Of a DNA stretch of 64,000 nucleotides, positions 28,137 through 40,672 are shown piece by piece. Position 1 is the stretch's first letter; the number at the start of each line of letters is the position of its first letter. Under the pieces are notes generated by a model, which did no database searches, was not told the DNA's origin, and was given only the letters and a program-made list of their open reading frames with translations. The position numbers and the translations under genes are program-made. The stretch is taken from positions 20,863 through 84,862 of the forward strand of contig JBHHVE010000010.1 of assembly GCA_046754085.1 (NCBI GenBank), written 5' to 3'. Source of the stretch: Leptospirillia bacterium. GTDB taxonomy: Bacteria > Nitrospirota > JACRHL01.

Positions 28137-28960
28137 TGAAGCTCCTCGCCGCCGGGAGAACGGGTGCGCCAGCGGGAGGTCCACAGCCCGGAGTTTTCAC
28201 CGGGGGTGGGGCGGGGGAACAGCGACGTCAGTTCCTTTCTCAGGGAACCGCCGTCCAGACCCTGGTGAATATGCCCGCCCACCGCAAGGCCAATCCGGCC
28301 GGTCTCCTCGGAAACCACCAGCGCAACCGCGTCGGTCTCCTCGGTCAGGCCGATGGCGGCCCGGTGACGGGTGCCCAGGGAGGGGTCTTTGACCCGCAGG
28401 GCCAAAGGCAGGAAGCAGCCCGCCGCCAGAATCCGTCCCCGATGCATGATGGCGGCGCCGTCATGGACCGGCGATGCCGGGTTGAAGATGGCCAAGAGCA
28501 AATCCTTCGACACCACCGCATCAAGCCGGGTGCCCACCTCGATGATGTCGGCGAGGGCGGTTTCCCGTTCCATCACCAGAATGCCCCCGGTGCGGTTGCC
28601 GGACATGGCCACGGCGGCGCGCACCACCTCGTCGATGGAGCGGGACGCCTCCACCCCGGTGATTATGCGGGTGAACGGGTTTCTGCCGAACTGGGCGAGG
28701 GCGCGGCGAATCTCCGGCGCAAACAGGATGATCAGCGCCAGCACGATCTGGCTCCAGAAGCTGGTGACGATCCAGTCCAGGGTGAACAGGCCGAGCTGTT
28801 TGGCGAGCACCAGCACCACCAGAATCAGGCCCAGACCGAACACCATCTGCAGCGCACGGGTGCCGCGAATGATCAGCAGGATACGGTAGAAGATGAACGA
28901 CACCAACAGGATGTCGATCAGATCCTGGGGAAAGCGGAACTCCAGCAGGGTTTGGATCAT
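28133..28960 (-). CDS. cdaA: Membrane-anchored diadenylate cyclase CdaA (DisA_N/DAC domain)
   Basis: Three N-terminal TM helices then DAC-domain motifs (…GGILVMERE…HDGAAIM…RHRAAIGLTEETDAVALVVSEETG…). Confidence 0.85.
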   Translation of the reverse strand: MIQTLLEFRFPQDLIDILLVSFIFYRILLIIRGTRALQMVFGLGLILVVLVLAKQLGLFTLDWIVTSFWSQIVLALIILFAPEIRRALAQFGRNPFTRIITGVEASRSIDEVVRAAVAMSGNRTGGILVMERETALADIIEVGTRLDAVVSKDLLLAIFNPASPVHDGAAIMHRGRILAAGCFLPLALRVKDPSLGTRHRAAIGLTEETDAVALVVSEETGRIGLAVGGHIHQGLDGGSLRKELTSLFPRPTPGENSGLWTSRWRTRSPGGEELQ

Positions 28961-29808
28961 GAGGGGTTCCGGATGGCCTCCGTCATGCGGACCACCTGGC
29001 CCATTTCATCGGCGGCGTGAACCCGCACCAGGCCGGCGCCGTGGGCGACCGCCCAGGCCACGGTGGCGGCGGTGCCCCACTCCCGCTCGGTGGCGGGCCG
29101 GATGCCCAGCACCTGACCGATAAACGATTTGCGGCTGCTTCCCACTAGTAGCGGAAAACCAAGCTCGGCGAGGCGCGGCAGCCCTTTCAAAAGAAGCAGG
29201 TTGTGGCGGGTGGTTTTGCCGAAGCCGATACCGGGGTCCAGGGCAATGGCGTTCCGCCGGATACCGGCGTCGAGGGCGACCCGCACCCGTTCGGAGAGGT
29301 GCGCCGACACCTCCCCCACCACGTTGCCGTAAACCGGGTTGTCCTGCATGGTGGAAGGTGTGCCCTGCATGTGCATCAGCACCACCGGCACGTTAAGGTC
29401 GGCGCAGGTGGTGGCCATATCCGGGTCGAGACCCAGGGCCGAGATGTCGTTGACCGCATCCGCGCCCTCGGCCACGGCGGCTCTGGCCACCGCTGCCTTG
29501 GTGGTATCGATGGAGATGGGGGTTTTGATGCCGGCGGCGCGGATGCCGCGAATGACCGGCACGATGCGGGCGGTCTCGTCGTCTTCGGACACCGGCGGCG
29601 CGCCCGGCCTTGTGGACTCGGCGCCGATATCAAGAATATCGGCCCCGGCGGCGGCCAGGGCTTTGGCGTGGGTGATGGCGTCGGCGGGTTCCAGGTAACG
29701 GCCGCCATCCGAAAACGAGTCGGGGGTGACGTTGACCACCGCCATAATCGCGGTGCGTCCCGCGGGTAGCAGGTCTGCCCAGGATGTGCCGCGACCGACG
29801 GCGGCCAT
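28957..29808 (-). CDS. folP: Dihydropteroate synthase
   Basis: …IMAVVNVTPDSFSDGG…ADILDIGAESTRPGA…, the pterin-binding DHPS signature. N-terminus aligns to full-length E. coli FolP. Confidence 0.9.
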   Translation of the reverse strand: MAAVGRGTSWADLLPAGRTAIMAVVNVTPDSFSDGGRYLEPADAITHAKALAAAGADILDIGAESTRPGAPPVSEDDETARIVPVIRGIRAAGIKTPISIDTTKAAVARAAVAEGADAVNDISALGLDPDMATTCADLNVPVVLMHMQGTPSTMQDNPVYGNVVGEVSAHLSERVRVALDAGIRRNAIALDPGIGFGKTTRHNLLLLKGLPRLAELGFPLLVGSSRKSFIGQVLGIRPATEREWGTAATVAWAVAHGAGLVRVHAADEMGQVVRMTEAIRNPS

Positions 29809-29877
29809 GCCTACCGAAACCCCGTGGGCCGGGCGGCATATCCCGCCTGACGGATCGCATGGCTGGTCATAAGAGGG

Positions 29878-31707
<1,830 letters not shown>

Positions 31708-31757
31708 TTTTTTGCCGGAAGCGCCGAAATTAAGGGAGATTTGATCGTATCACAGCC

Positions 31758-31782
31758 GTTCGTTGCGCTCAATGCAACGAAC
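31758..31782 (-). terminator. Putative hairpin terminator downstream of hpt (no U-tract)
   Basis: Perfect 9-bp stem GTTCGTTGC-gctcaat-GCAACGAAC, 9 nt after the hpt stop. A second 5-bp hairpin overlaps the stop. No poly-U, so it is either an I-shaped/Rho-assisted terminator or a processing/protection hairpin before ftsH… wait, hpt is downstream of ftsH in transcription order, so this marks the end of the long ribF-tilS-hpt/ftsH-folP transcript region. Confidence 0.35.
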
Positions 31783-31790
31783 CCGGCGGG

Positions 31791-32330
31791 TTAACCGCCT
31801 TCGATATTATCCAGCGCCGCAATATAGGGGAGGTTTCTGTAGCTTTCGTCGTGATCGAGGCCGTAACCCACGACAAACACGTCCGGTATGGTGAAGCCGA
31901 CGTACTCCACCGGTACCGGAATGCGCCGCCGGGCGGGCTTGTCGAGCAGGGTGCAGATGGCGATCGACGCCGGTTTTCCGGCGAGCAGCGCCTTGCGCAG
32001 GTATTGCACCGTGACCCCCGAGTCGACGATATCCTCCACCACCAGCACGTGGCGGTCAGCCAGACGATCGGCGTATTCCGGGTCCGACAACAGCCGCACC
32101 TCGCCGCTGCTGGTGCGGCCTTTGTACGACTTGGCCTGAATGAAGTCCAGGGTGACGGGCACCTGAATTTTACGGATCAGGTCGGCGTAGAACAGGCATG
32201 CGCCCTTCAACACGCCGATGACGAGGAGCTCCTTGCCCTGGTAATCCTTGCTGATTTGCCGGCCGAGCGCGGCGATGCGGTCTGCCAGGGTTGGGGTATC
32301 GATCAGGGCCTTGCCAAAATGGCGCTCCAC
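31791..32330 (-). CDS. hpt: Hypoxanthine phosphoribosyltransferase
   Basis: 179 aa, PRPP-binding motif HVLVVEDIVDSGVT. Confidence 0.9.
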   Translation of the reverse strand: MERHFGKALIDTPTLADRIAALGRQISKDYQGKELLVIGVLKGACLFYADLIRKIQVPVTLDFIQAKSYKGRTSSGEVRLLSDPEYADRLADRHVLVVEDIVDSGVTVQYLRKALLAGKPASIAICTLLDKPARRRIPVPVEYVGFTIPDVFVVGYGLDHDESYRNLPYIAALDNIEGG

Positions 32331-32351
32331 CAGGACGTCCTCCTTACAGGT

Positions 32352-33743
32352 TCAGCATGTCGGGTTGGTGTGAATACGAAAGGCGAGTGGGATCCCGCAC
32401 CCCGCTTCTCCTTTTTTTTCTTTTACCACAAAGCGGTCGTCCTGTCGCAACCCGACCACCCACATGACCCCTTCCGGGGAGGTTAACAGCGGGGTGAGTT
32501 CCCGTTCCCGGCGCGGCACCTTGCGGTCGATCAGAAAATTTTTCAGCTTTTTGGCGTGGCCGTCCATTCCGGCGGGACAGAAACGGTCACCGGACATTCG
32601 CCGCCGGATCGAGAGGGGGGTGGTAAACGTGTCCGGGTCGAAATAGACCCATCCGGGAGTGTTATCCGGCTCCCGGTAGGCCGCCTCCAGGGTGAACCCG
32701 GCCCAGGTCACGGCGGTTTTTCCCGGTACTTGCACGACCAGCGGCGCCTCTGCGGCGTCCGGTGTGGCGGCAGTCTGCGGGGTGATCTCGATGACGTTGT
32801 ACACCACCTCGGCGCGCACCCCGCCGGGCAGGTCCACACCGGTGCCGGAGACCGCGCTGATCAGGCCGGTGACCGCTTCCACGTGGGCCAGGGCAATATC
32901 ACCAGGCAAGAGGTCGGTGAGGGCGGCGTGCACCACCCGCCGGGCCAGGGCCGGGTGCAGGGCGCACAGCCGTGTCCGATCCAGAAGCTGCCCTCCGTGT
33001 TCGCCGCCTGCGACCTTGCCGTAGGCGGCCCGGGCCTGCATGTCAAGGTAGCCGTCTTCCTCCGCCAGCAGGTGCGCAGTACGGGACAGGGTACCGGCGA
33101 TGCCGGGATTGATTTCGGCCAGTTCGGGCATTACCCGTTGGCGGATTCGGTTTCTCAGGTAGCGCGCATCGGCGTTGGAGGCATCCTCCCGGTGGGCAAT
33201 GTGGTTGTCGTTCGCCCAGGCGACGATGTCGGATTTTTTTTGGTCCAGCATGGGGCGGATGCGGAAGCCATCGTCCTGCGCCAGCCCGGAAAGCCCCCGG
33301 CTGCCAGCGCCCGAGATCAGCCGCATCACGACGGTTTCCGCCAGGTCGTCGGCATGGTGGCCGGTGGCGATGCGGGCGGCGCCGATACGGTCCGCCACTT
33401 CATTCAGAAAAGCGTAGCGCACCCGGCGTGCGGCCTCCTGGGGGGACTCGTCCGGGCGGCGGTCGACGCGGCGTTTTTCCGCGCTGCACGGCACCCCGAG
33501 GCGAGCACACGTCTTGATGACAAAATCCTGATCGGCGTCGGATTCAGCTCCCCTCAGGGCATGGTTCAGGTGGGCGGCGTGGAGCGTCAGTCCCAATTCC
33601 GGGGCGAGCCGGGTGAGGGCGTGCAGCAGTACAGTGGAGTCCACCCCGCCGCTGACCGCCACCAGCACGGTGTCGCCGGGGGCCGCCAGAGCACGCTCGG
33701 TGATGGCGCGGCGCAGACGTGTGATCAGCGTTTCCCCGGTCAT
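32352..33743 (-). CDS. tilS: tRNA(Ile)-lysidine synthetase
   Basis: N-terminal PP-loop motif VLVAVSGGVDSTVLLH. 463 aa with a C-terminal TilS substrate-binding domain. Conserved tilS-hpt-ftsH order. Confidence 0.9.
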   Translation of the reverse strand: MTGETLITRLRRAITERALAAPGDTVLVAVSGGVDSTVLLHALTRLAPELGLTLHAAHLNHALRGAESDADQDFVIKTCARLGVPCSAEKRRVDRRPDESPQEAARRVRYAFLNEVADRIGAARIATGHHADDLAETVVMRLISGAGSRGLSGLAQDDGFRIRPMLDQKKSDIVAWANDNHIAHREDASNADARYLRNRIRQRVMPELAEINPGIAGTLSRTAHLLAEEDGYLDMQARAAYGKVAGGEHGGQLLDRTRLCALHPALARRVVHAALTDLLPGDIALAHVEAVTGLISAVSGTGVDLPGGVRAEVVYNVIEITPQTAATPDAAEAPLVVQVPGKTAVTWAGFTLEAAYREPDNTPGWVYFDPDTFTTPLSIRRRMSGDRFCPAGMDGHAKKLKNFLIDRKVPRRERELTPLLTSPEGVMWVVGLRQDDRFVVKEKKGEAGCGIPLAFRIHTNPTC

Positions 33744-34699
33744 GATTCCGGGGTTCCCGGCTTCAGAATCTGGCGGGCGCGCTCCACGTCTTTTTTAATC
33801 TGGACGGTAAGCTGGTCGGGGTTGTCGAAGGTCATTTCGGGGCGCACCCGGTCGGCGAAATCGATACGGATACGGTGGCCGTACAGCTCCCGGTGGGTAT
33901 CCAGCACGTGCACCTCAATCAGCCGGTTGCTTTCGAGGAAGGTGGGGCGGGTGCCGATATAGACCACCGCGTCGAAGGCGTCGGGGGTGCTGTCGGGGGG
34001 CATCTCCGGGTCCCATACCGCGACCCGCGCGGCATACACGCCGTTCTCCGGCACCAACTCCTCGGGGATGTCCAGGTTGGCGGTGGGAAAGCCCAGTTCA
34101 CGGCCCCGCGCCTGACCTTTCACCACCTTGCCCTTGATGCAGTAGGGGTGCGCCAACAGGCTGTTGGCGCGAGCCACGTCACCCTTGTGCAGGGCGGCGC
34201 GGATGAGCGAACTGCTGACCCGTATGCCGTCCCGGGTGAACACCTCCTGAGGATGCACGGTAAAGCCGTAGCGCGCCCCCAGTTCGGTCAGGGTGGTCAC
34301 ATCGCCGGAACGGTGGCGGCCGAACTTGTAATTGGCCCCGACAAACACCTCTTTCGCGCCCATGGGCACCAGCACGGTTTTGACGAAGTGGCCCGGGGTG
34401 TGGTGGGCGAACGCCTCGGTAAAGTGCAGGCAGACGGTCAGGCCGATGCCCAGGCGGGCGAACTGCTCCGCCTTGTCCTCGAAGGTGGTGAGCATGTCGT
34501 GGGGCAGGTCGGGCCGCAAGAGTTGGGTCGGGTGCGGGTCGAAGGTCAGAATGGTGGCTTCGGCACCGGTTTCGGCGGCGCGGGCCACGGCCTTTTCGAT
34601 CACTTTGCGGTGGCCCAGATGCACGCCGTCGAAGTTGCCGATGGCGAGCACCCGCCCGTGTTCCGCCGCGGGCAGCTCGGACAGTTCGTGGACGATACG
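33740..34699 (-). CDS. ribF: Bifunctional riboflavin kinase / FAD synthetase
   Basis: Trimmed to MRIVHELSELP…LAIGNFDGVHLGHRKVI (FAD-synthetase N-domain). C-terminal riboflavin-kinase motifs (…GFPTANL…). Confidence 0.9.
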   Translation of the reverse strand, partial: RIVHELSELPAAEHGRVLAIGNFDGVHLGHRKVIEKAVARAAETGAEATILTFDPHPTQLLRPDLPHDMLTTFEDKAEQFARLGIGLTVCLHFTEAFAHHTPGHFVKTVLVPMGAKEVFVGANYKFGRHRSGDVTTLTELGARYGFTVHPQEVFTRDGIRVSSSLIRAALHKGDVARANSLLAHPYCIKGKVVKGQARGRELGFPTANLDIPEELVPENGVYAARVAVWDPEMPPDSTPDAFDAVVYIGTRPTFLESNRLIEVHVLDTHRELYGHRIRIDFADRVRPEMTFDNPDQLTVQIKKDVERARQILKPGTPES

Positions 34700-34718
34700 C
34701 ATCGGGCGGGCGCTCCGG

Positions 34719-35699
34719 CTACGCCAGAAGCGCGGCGGCATCCTTGGCGAAGTAGGTGAGAATCATGTCGGCCCCGGCGCGCTTGATGCTGGTCAGCGTT
34801 TCCAGCATGACCCGGTCGCCGTCGATCCATCCGGCCGCCACCGCCGCCTTGATCATGGCGTACTCCCCGGACACGTTGTAGGCGGCCAGCGGCAGATCCA
34901 CCGATTCACGGATGTCGCGGATGATGTCCAGGTACGGCAGGGCCGGTTTGACCATCACCATGTCGGCGCCCTCGTCCACGTCCAGCAGGGTTTCGCGCAC
35001 TGCCTCGCGGGCGTTGGCCGGGTCCATCTGGTAGCTTCTCCGGTCGCCGAACCGGGGTTCCGACTCGGCGGCGTCGCGGAACGGCCCGTAGTAGCCGCTG
35101 GCAAACTTGCTGGAGTAGGACATGATCGGCAGCTGATCGAATCCGGCGTCGTCCAGCCCCTCGCGGATGGCGGCCACGCGGCCGTCCATCATGTCGGACG
35201 GGGCGACGATGTCGGCGCCGGCGCGGGCGTGGGACAGGGCCTCTTTTACCAACAATTCCACGGTGGCGTCGTTGGCGACGTTGCCGCTCTCATCGCCTTC
35301 TTCGATGATGCCGCAGTGGCCGTGATCGGTGTATTCGCACAGACAGACGTCGGTGATGACGGCCAGCTCCGGGAGTTCGCTTTTTACCGCGCGCACCGCC
35401 CGTTGCACGATGCCGTTGTCGTCATAGGCGCCGGTGCCGGTGCTGTCCTTGTGGTCCGGGATGCCGAACAGGATCACCCCCGGAATGCCGAGGGCATGGG
35501 CCGCGCCGCACTCCTTGATCAGGTTGTCGATGGAGAGTTGTTCGATGCCGGGCATGGAGGCGATGGGGTTGCGTACGCCCTCACCCTCCACCACAAACAG
35601 CGGATAGATGAGGTCGTCCGGGGTGACGCGGGTTTCCCGCACCAGGCGCCGCAGGGTTTCGGTCCGGCGCATGCGGCGTGGTCTGATCATCGGGTTCAT
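34719..35699 (-). CDS. hemB: Porphobilinogen synthase (delta-aminolevulinate dehydratase)
   Basis: 326 aa, RPRRMRR… N-terminus and active-site region …[14 protein letters not shown]…. Track coordinates used (1-2 nt label discrepancy in this region). Confidence 0.9.
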   Translation of the reverse strand: MNPMIRPRRMRRTETLRRLVRETRVTPDDLIYPLFVVEGEGVRNPIASMPGIEQLSIDNLIKECGAAHALGIPGVILFGIPDHKDSTGTGAYDDNGIVQRAVRAVKSELPELAVITDVCLCEYTDHGHCGIIEEGDESGNVANDATVELLVKEALSHARAGADIVAPSDMMDGRVAAIREGLDDAGFDQLPIMSYSSKFASGYYGPFRDAAESEPRFGDRRSYQMDPANAREAVRETLLDVDEGADMVMVKPALPYLDIIRDIRESVDLPLAAYNVSGEYAMIKAAVAAGWIDGDRVMLETLTSIKRAGADMILTYFAKDAAALLA

Positions 35700-37237
35700 G
35701 ACGTTTCCCTTTGTTGGCGTGTGTCGGCAGCGATGGCGGCGGCCAGGGCCTCCACACTAGGGGATTTTGAAGTGATGTGGACAGTGAGTCCCAGTTCGTC
35801 GCAGGTGTCGCGGGTGACCGGGCCGATTACCGCAATGCGGCTGCCGGACAGAATCCCGGCAAAACGCTCCGGCCCCAGCAACGTCCTGAGGTTGGTGACG
35901 GTGGATGAACTGGTGAAGCAGGCGTAATCCGGCGGCGGGCCGTCGATCAACGGTGTCAGGTCGATCTCATCCGGGTCGGGACAGACGGTCTTGTAGGCCG
36001 CTGCCATGTCCACCGAAACCCCTTGGGCGACAAGCATCTGCGGCAGCACCCGGCGGGCCTTCTGGGCCTGCACGACGAGGACCTTCTGGTCGTGCACGGC
36101 GTGCTCGATGAGGGCCGCCGCCAGCCCTTCGGCGCGGGCGTCAGCGGGCACCAGGTCGGCCTCGACACCGTGCTGTGCGAGCACCCGCGCGCTTTCCGAT
36201 CCCACCGTCGCCACCTGAATGCCGGCCAGCGCCCGGGCGTCCTTGCCGTGGTGGGCGAGCCGTTCGAAAAAGGCGCGTACGCCGTTTGCGCTGGTAAGAA
36301 CCAGCCAGTGGTAGCTCGTCAGGTGATCGATGGCCTCGTCCAGTGGCGCCGGATCGTCCGGCGGCACGAACTTGAGGGTGGGCACCTGCACCACCTCGGC
36401 CCCCAGTTCGGACAGGGCCTGAGCCAGTGCGCCCTGCTGTCCCCGGGCGCGGGTGACCAGTACCCGGCGACCGAACAGGGGCAGGGTCTCGAACCAGTTG
36501 ATCGACTCCCGCATGGCCACCACGTCACCCACCACGATCAGGGCGGGGGGCACGATATTCGCCTCGGACACTTTTTCGGCGATGTTGCTCACGGTGCCGG
36601 TGACGGTGCGCTGGCACGGGTGGGTGCCCCACTGGATCACCGCCGCCGGAGTGTCCGGCGCACGCCCTTCAGCCACCAGGCGGCGGGCAATGTCCGGCAG
36701 GCTTTTGACGCCCATGAAAAACACCAGGGTGCCGCCGGTTTTGGCCAGATCGTTCCAGTGAATCAGGGTGTCGTTCCGGCTCGGGTCCTCGCTGCCGGTG
36801 ACGAAGGTGACGGTGGCGTTCATGCCCCGGTGGGTGAGGGGAATCCCGGCGTAGGCCGCCACCGCGGTGGCGGCGGTGACACCGGGCACCACCTCGAACG
36901 GCACCTCGGCGGCGGTGAGGGCCAGGGCCTCTTCCCCGCCGCGCCCGAAGATAAACGGGTCGCCGCCCTTGAGGCGCGCCACGGTTTTTCCGGCGCGGGC
37001 CCTCTCCACCAGCAGGGCGTTGATTTTTTCCTGGCTCAAAAGATGGTCGCCGTGGCGTTTGCCCACATAGATCCGCTCCACCGTGTCGGGCAGCCCGGAC
37101 AGCAGGGCGGGATTTGCCAGATAGTCGTAGACCACCACATCGGCGGCTTCGAGCCGGTCTTTTCCCTTGACCGTGATCAGCCCCGGATCACCGGGACCGG
37201 CCCCGATCAGAAAAACCTTACCGGTGGGGACACTCAT
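35696..37237 (-). CDS. cobA-hemD: Fused uroporphyrinogen-III C-methyltransferase / uroporphyrinogen-III synthase (CobA-HemD)
   Basis: Track ORF over-extended; real start [25 protein letters not shown] (SUMT motif) at 37237. The C-terminal ~250 aa form a HemD-like synthase domain. ATGA overlap with hemC. Confidence 0.85.
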   Translation of the reverse strand: MSVPTGKVFLIGAGPGDPGLITVKGKDRLEAADVVVYDYLANPALLSGLPDTVERIYVGKRHGDHLLSQEKINALLVERARAGKTVARLKGGDPFIFGRGGEEALALTAAEVPFEVVPGVTAATAVAAYAGIPLTHRGMNATVTFVTGSEDPSRNDTLIHWNDLAKTGGTLVFFMGVKSLPDIARRLVAEGRAPDTPAAVIQWGTHPCQRTVTGTVSNIAEKVSEANIVPPALIVVGDVVAMRESINWFETLPLFGRRVLVTRARGQQGALAQALSELGAEVVQVPTLKFVPPDDPAPLDEAIDHLTSYHWLVLTSANGVRAFFERLAHHGKDARALAGIQVATVGSESARVLAQHGVEADLVPADARAEGLAAALIEHAVHDQKVLVVQAQKARRVLPQMLVAQGVSVDMAAAYKTVCPDPDEIDLTPLIDGPPPDYACFTSSSTVTNLRTLLGPERFAGILSGSRIAVIGPVTRDTCDELGLTVHITSKSPSVEALAAAIAADTRQQRETS

Positions 37238-38187
37238 GGGCTTTCCTGGGCTTCGCCATAGACCCGCGCGAGGATTTCGCCACCGCCCTCGGCGATCACC
37301 GCGTCGGCCAGTTCCCGGCCCAGCCGATCGGCATCGGCGGCATCGGCGCCGGCCTGTTTGCGGATGATCCGCGAGCCGTCCAGCTCGGCCACCAGGCCGG
37401 TCAGTCGGACCGTATTGCCCGACACCGTGGCAAGCGCCCCGATGGGTACCTGACAGCCGCCTTCCAGACGCAGCAGAAAGGCGCGCTCGGCGGTGACCGC
37501 CACGGTGGTGTCCGGGTCGCGGAACAGGTCGAGCACCGGCTCGAGGGCGGTGTCCCCCAGGCGCGCCTCGATGCCAAGGGCGCCCTGACCGACGGCGGGC
37601 AGACACAGGTCGGGGTCCAGGTACTCCTTCACCCGATCCGCCCAGCCCAGCCGGGTGATTCCGGCGGCGGCCAGCAGAATGGCGTCGTACATGCCTTCGT
37701 CCAGCTTGCGCAGGCGGGTGTCGACGTTGCCGCGCAGCACCTCCACCTTCAGGTCCGGGCGGTAGGCCACCACCTGACAGTGACGGCGCAGGGAACTGGA
37801 GCCGATTTTGGCCCCCCGGGGCAGATCGGCCAGACAGTCGTAGTCATTGGAGATAAACGCATCTCGGGGGTCTTCGCGCTCGGGAATGGCGACCAGGCCG
37901 AGACCCTCGGGCAGTTCGGCGGGCACGTCCTTCATGGAGTGCACCGCAATATCCGCGCTGCCATTCAGGAGGGCTTCCTCGATCTCCTTGACGAACAGCC
38001 CCTTGCCGCCCACCTGGGCCAGGGGTACATCGGTGATCTTGTCGCCGGTGGTCTTGATGATATTGAGTTCGACCGCAGTGTCCGGAAAGGCGGAGGCGAT
38101 CCTGTTTTTAACCCAGTTGGCCTGCCACAAGGCGAGTTGGCTGCCACGGGTGGCGATGGTGATCGTGTTGGGCAAAGAAGCGGTCAC
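37234..38187 (-). CDS. hemC: Hydroxymethylbilane synthase (porphobilinogen deaminase)
   Basis: …TRGSQLALWQANWV…AVHSMKDVP…, full-length PBGD including the cofactor-binding Cys region. Confidence 0.95.
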   Translation of the reverse strand: MTASLPNTITIATRGSQLALWQANWVKNRIASAFPDTAVELNIIKTTGDKITDVPLAQVGGKGLFVKEIEEALLNGSADIAVHSMKDVPAELPEGLGLVAIPEREDPRDAFISNDYDCLADLPRGAKIGSSSLRRHCQVVAYRPDLKVEVLRGNVDTRLRKLDEGMYDAILLAAAGITRLGWADRVKEYLDPDLCLPAVGQGALGIEARLGDTALEPVLDLFRDPDTTVAVTAERAFLLRLEGGCQVPIGALATVSGNTVRLTGLVAELDGSRIIRKQAGADAADADRLGRELADAVIAEGGGEILARVYGEAQESP

Positions 38188-39575
38188 GTCGAGTTCCTGT
38201 TCGAATTTTCGAGGTCCGGGTCGGTCGGGGAATCGGAGTCTTTGTCAGGGTGCCGGGTATCGGATGCGGATGGGGACGCACCCGCCGGCTCCTCTTCCAG
38301 GGTCAGGTCGAACAGCTTGCGGGTGCTTTCGATGATGGCGCCGCCGGTCTCCTCCTGGGCCTCCCGCCGCAGGTTGGTCATCGGGTGGTGCAACAGTTTG
38401 GCGACGATGGCGTTGGCCAGCCCTTCCACGGTTTTTTTATCCGGTTCCGGCAGGTGGGAGAGGCGGGAAAGGGTTTTTTCCACCTCGCTTCTGGCAATGG
38501 CCTCGGCGTGGCTTCGCAGGGCGGTGATGGTGGGCACCACATCCAGGGAACGCATCCAGCGGGCGGTGGAGGTCACCTCCTGATTGACGATGCGGTGGGC
38601 CTTTTTGGCCTCCTCCATGCGTTCTTCCAGGTTGGTGTCCACCACCTGTTGCAGGTCGTCCACATCGTACAGATAGACGTCGTGCAGGTCGCCGACCGCG
38701 GGGTTGATGTTACGCGGCACCGAGATGTCGATCAGAAACACCGGCCGGTTTTTTCTGGCGCGCACCGCATGACTCATTTCCTCCGGCCCCAGCACGTAGT
38801 CATCGGCGCCGGTGGAGCAGATGACGATGTCCACATCCTTGAGGTGGTTCCGGAAGTCGGAGAACGGCACCGCGCGGCCCTGCCTGCCGGCAATCTCTCT
38901 GGCGATGCGTTCGGCGTTTTCCAGGGTGCGGGTGGAGACCAGCACCTCGGAGGCTCCGGCGCTGACCAGGTGGCGCAGGGCAAGCTCCGCCATCTCCCCG
39001 GCGCCAAGCAGCATCACCTTGTGCCCGGCCAGGTTGGAGAACACCTTTTTGGCCAGTTCCACCGCGGCGAAGCTGATGGAGACGGCGTTTTCCGCGATGC
39101 GGGTTTCGGTGCGCACCCGCTTGGCCACGCTGATGGCCTTTTTGGCGACCTTGTTGAGCACCATGCCGGTGCTCTTGGCATCAAGGGCGGCCTGATATGC
39201 GTCCTTGAACTGGCCCAGGATTTGAGGTTCCCCCAGCACCATGGAATCGAGGGACGAGGCCACCCGGAACATGTGGCCGATGGCGTCGTTTCCCGGGTAG
39301 TGGTACAGGTGTGGTGCGAGATCGGTGGCGTTGAATCCCTCGGTGCAGTCGCCGAGGAACTTGGAGATCGCGGAAAAGCCGTCCGCCGCCCGGGACGCCA
39401 CCGCATAGACCTCCACCCGGTTGCAGGTGGACAGCACCATCGCCTCCGCTGTCACACCGTTGCCGTTGATGATGCGGCGGCACACCTCGGGCAGGGCGGT
39501 GGCGGAGAACGCCAACTGCTCGCGCACTTCGACCGGGGCGGTCTTGTGAGAGAGTCCGACGACGATCAGGTTCAC
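38184..39575 (-). CDS. hemA: Glutamyl-tRNA reductase
   Basis: MNLIVVGLSHKTAPVEVRE…STCNRVEVY… (catalytic Cys), NADPH-binding GAGEMAE. 463 aa with an acidic C-terminal tail. Confidence 0.95.
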   Translation of the reverse strand: MNLIVVGLSHKTAPVEVREQLAFSATALPEVCRRIINGNGVTAEAMVLSTCNRVEVYAVASRAADGFSAISKFLGDCTEGFNATDLAPHLYHYPGNDAIGHMFRVASSLDSMVLGEPQILGQFKDAYQAALDAKSTGMVLNKVAKKAISVAKRVRTETRIAENAVSISFAAVELAKKVFSNLAGHKVMLLGAGEMAELALRHLVSAGASEVLVSTRTLENAERIAREIAGRQGRAVPFSDFRNHLKDVDIVICSTGADDYVLGPEEMSHAVRARKNRPVFLIDISVPRNINPAVGDLHDVYLYDVDDLQQVVDTNLEERMEEAKKAHRIVNQEVTSTARWMRSLDVVPTITALRSHAEAIARSEVEKTLSRLSHLPEPDKKTVEGLANAIVAKLLHHPMTNLRREAQEETGGAIIESTRKLFDLTLEEEPAGASPSASDTRHPDKDSDSPTDPDLENSNRNST

Positions 39576-39608
39576 GGTGTGGTGCGGTCCTTCACGAGAG
39601 GGCCCCCT

Positions 39609-40418
39609 CTAAAAGTGGCTGTCGCCGCCCAGAATCACGTCGAGTCCGAGGAACGACAACAACACCCCGATGAATCCGAACACTGCCAGGTAGGCGCCGC
39701 GCTGGGCCCGCAGGCCGAACCAGTAACGGCCCAGCACCATGGTCAGGTAGAACGCCCAGATCAAGAATGACAAGGTCTGCTTCGGGGTCCAGGTCCAGTA
39801 ATACCCGGTGACGAATTTGGACCCGATGGCCCCGGCCAGCAGCCCCAGGGTCATGAGCGGGAAACCGACCAGGATGCCGCGCCCGATGGTGAGATCGCAG
39901 GCGTCCAGAGGCGGCAGCCGGTGGTAGAGGTTATTGAACTTCTTGCTCTTGAGCAGCCGCATCTGGATCAGGTACATGATCCCCACCGCGAACGAGATGC
40001 AGAAGGCCACCGAGCCCGCCAGCACCAGGGTGGTGTGGAGCGCCAGCCCGAAGCCCTGCAGGCTCGGGTCGATCTGCTCGGCGCCGTCCCTGAGCAGGGC
40101 CGCCGCGAACACCGACAAAAACGCGATCGGCACCACGAAAGCCCCCAGCACGTGGGTTTTGTGGCGGATGTCGAACAGCAGGAATACCAGCACCAGCATC
40201 CACGAGAAGAACGAGGCCGACTCGTAGGCGTTGGTGACCGGAAACCCGCCGGTATGGAACCACTGGCTGCCGATGGCCGCGGTGTGGAACAGAAAACCGA
40301 TCACGGTACCGGTGAGGCAGGCGCGGGTCAGCATCTCCCGGCGACCGGCCAGGTAGACGGCAAACAGCACTGCCACCACCAGGTAGGCGGTCATTGCCAG
40401 TTCAAACAGAAGGACGTT
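39609..40418 (-). CDS. Cytochrome c assembly protein (CcsA/ResC family; HemX-like, hem-operon leader gene)
   Basis: Polytopic membrane protein with the Trp-rich motif (…WTWTPKQTLSFLIWAFY…), upstream of hemA as in hemAXCDBL-type clusters. Start between 40394 and 40490; GTG at 40418 chosen. Confidence 0.7.
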   Translation of the reverse strand, partial: NVLLFELAMTAYLVVAVLFAVYLAGRREMLTRACLTGTVIGFLFHTAAIGSQWFHTGGFPVTNAYESASFFSWMLVLVFLLFDIRHKTHVLGAFVVPIAFLSVFAAALLRDGAEQIDPSLQGFGLALHTTLVLAGSVAFCISFAVGIMYLIQMRLLKSKKFNNLYHRLPPLDACDLTIGRGILVGFPLMTLGLLAGAIGSKFVTGYYWTWTPKQTLSFLIWAFYLTMVLGRYWFGLRAQRGAYLAVFGFIGVLLSFLGLDVILGGDSHF

Positions 40419-40672
40419 CACGGCCCCTTGCGACCTATCAGGTAACCCGAATAAACTACGCGCCGATCGAACACGGCAACCCGGCTTCAAAATCGTGCCA
40501 TACGCCGCCGTTTACGGCTGCTGTACGACCCGCTCCCGAAACACGCCAGTGTAGGGAGCGAGGGGGCCAGGGGTCAAGCGGACGACGGGCGCGCAACCAT
40601 CGTATTCAGGCCAGGTTGCACACCCGAACCAGGGGGGGAGCGTCCACATATGGGCCTGGATGGGAGATTTCA

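Noticed and set aside
34700-35930. Apparent frameshifts in hemB / cobA-hemD when positions are read from the line labels
   Set aside because: Protein sequences from the ORF track are continuous and full-length. The 1-2-nt discrepancy is a coordinate artefact between the displayed line numbering and the track, not a real frameshift or pseudogene.
40419-40672. Possible sigma-54 promoter upstream of amt (ccaggTTGCAcac)
   Set aside because: The spacing between the GG and GC dinucleotides is 7 rather than 10, and no TGGCAC -24 element is present. It is not a convincing sigma-54 promoter.
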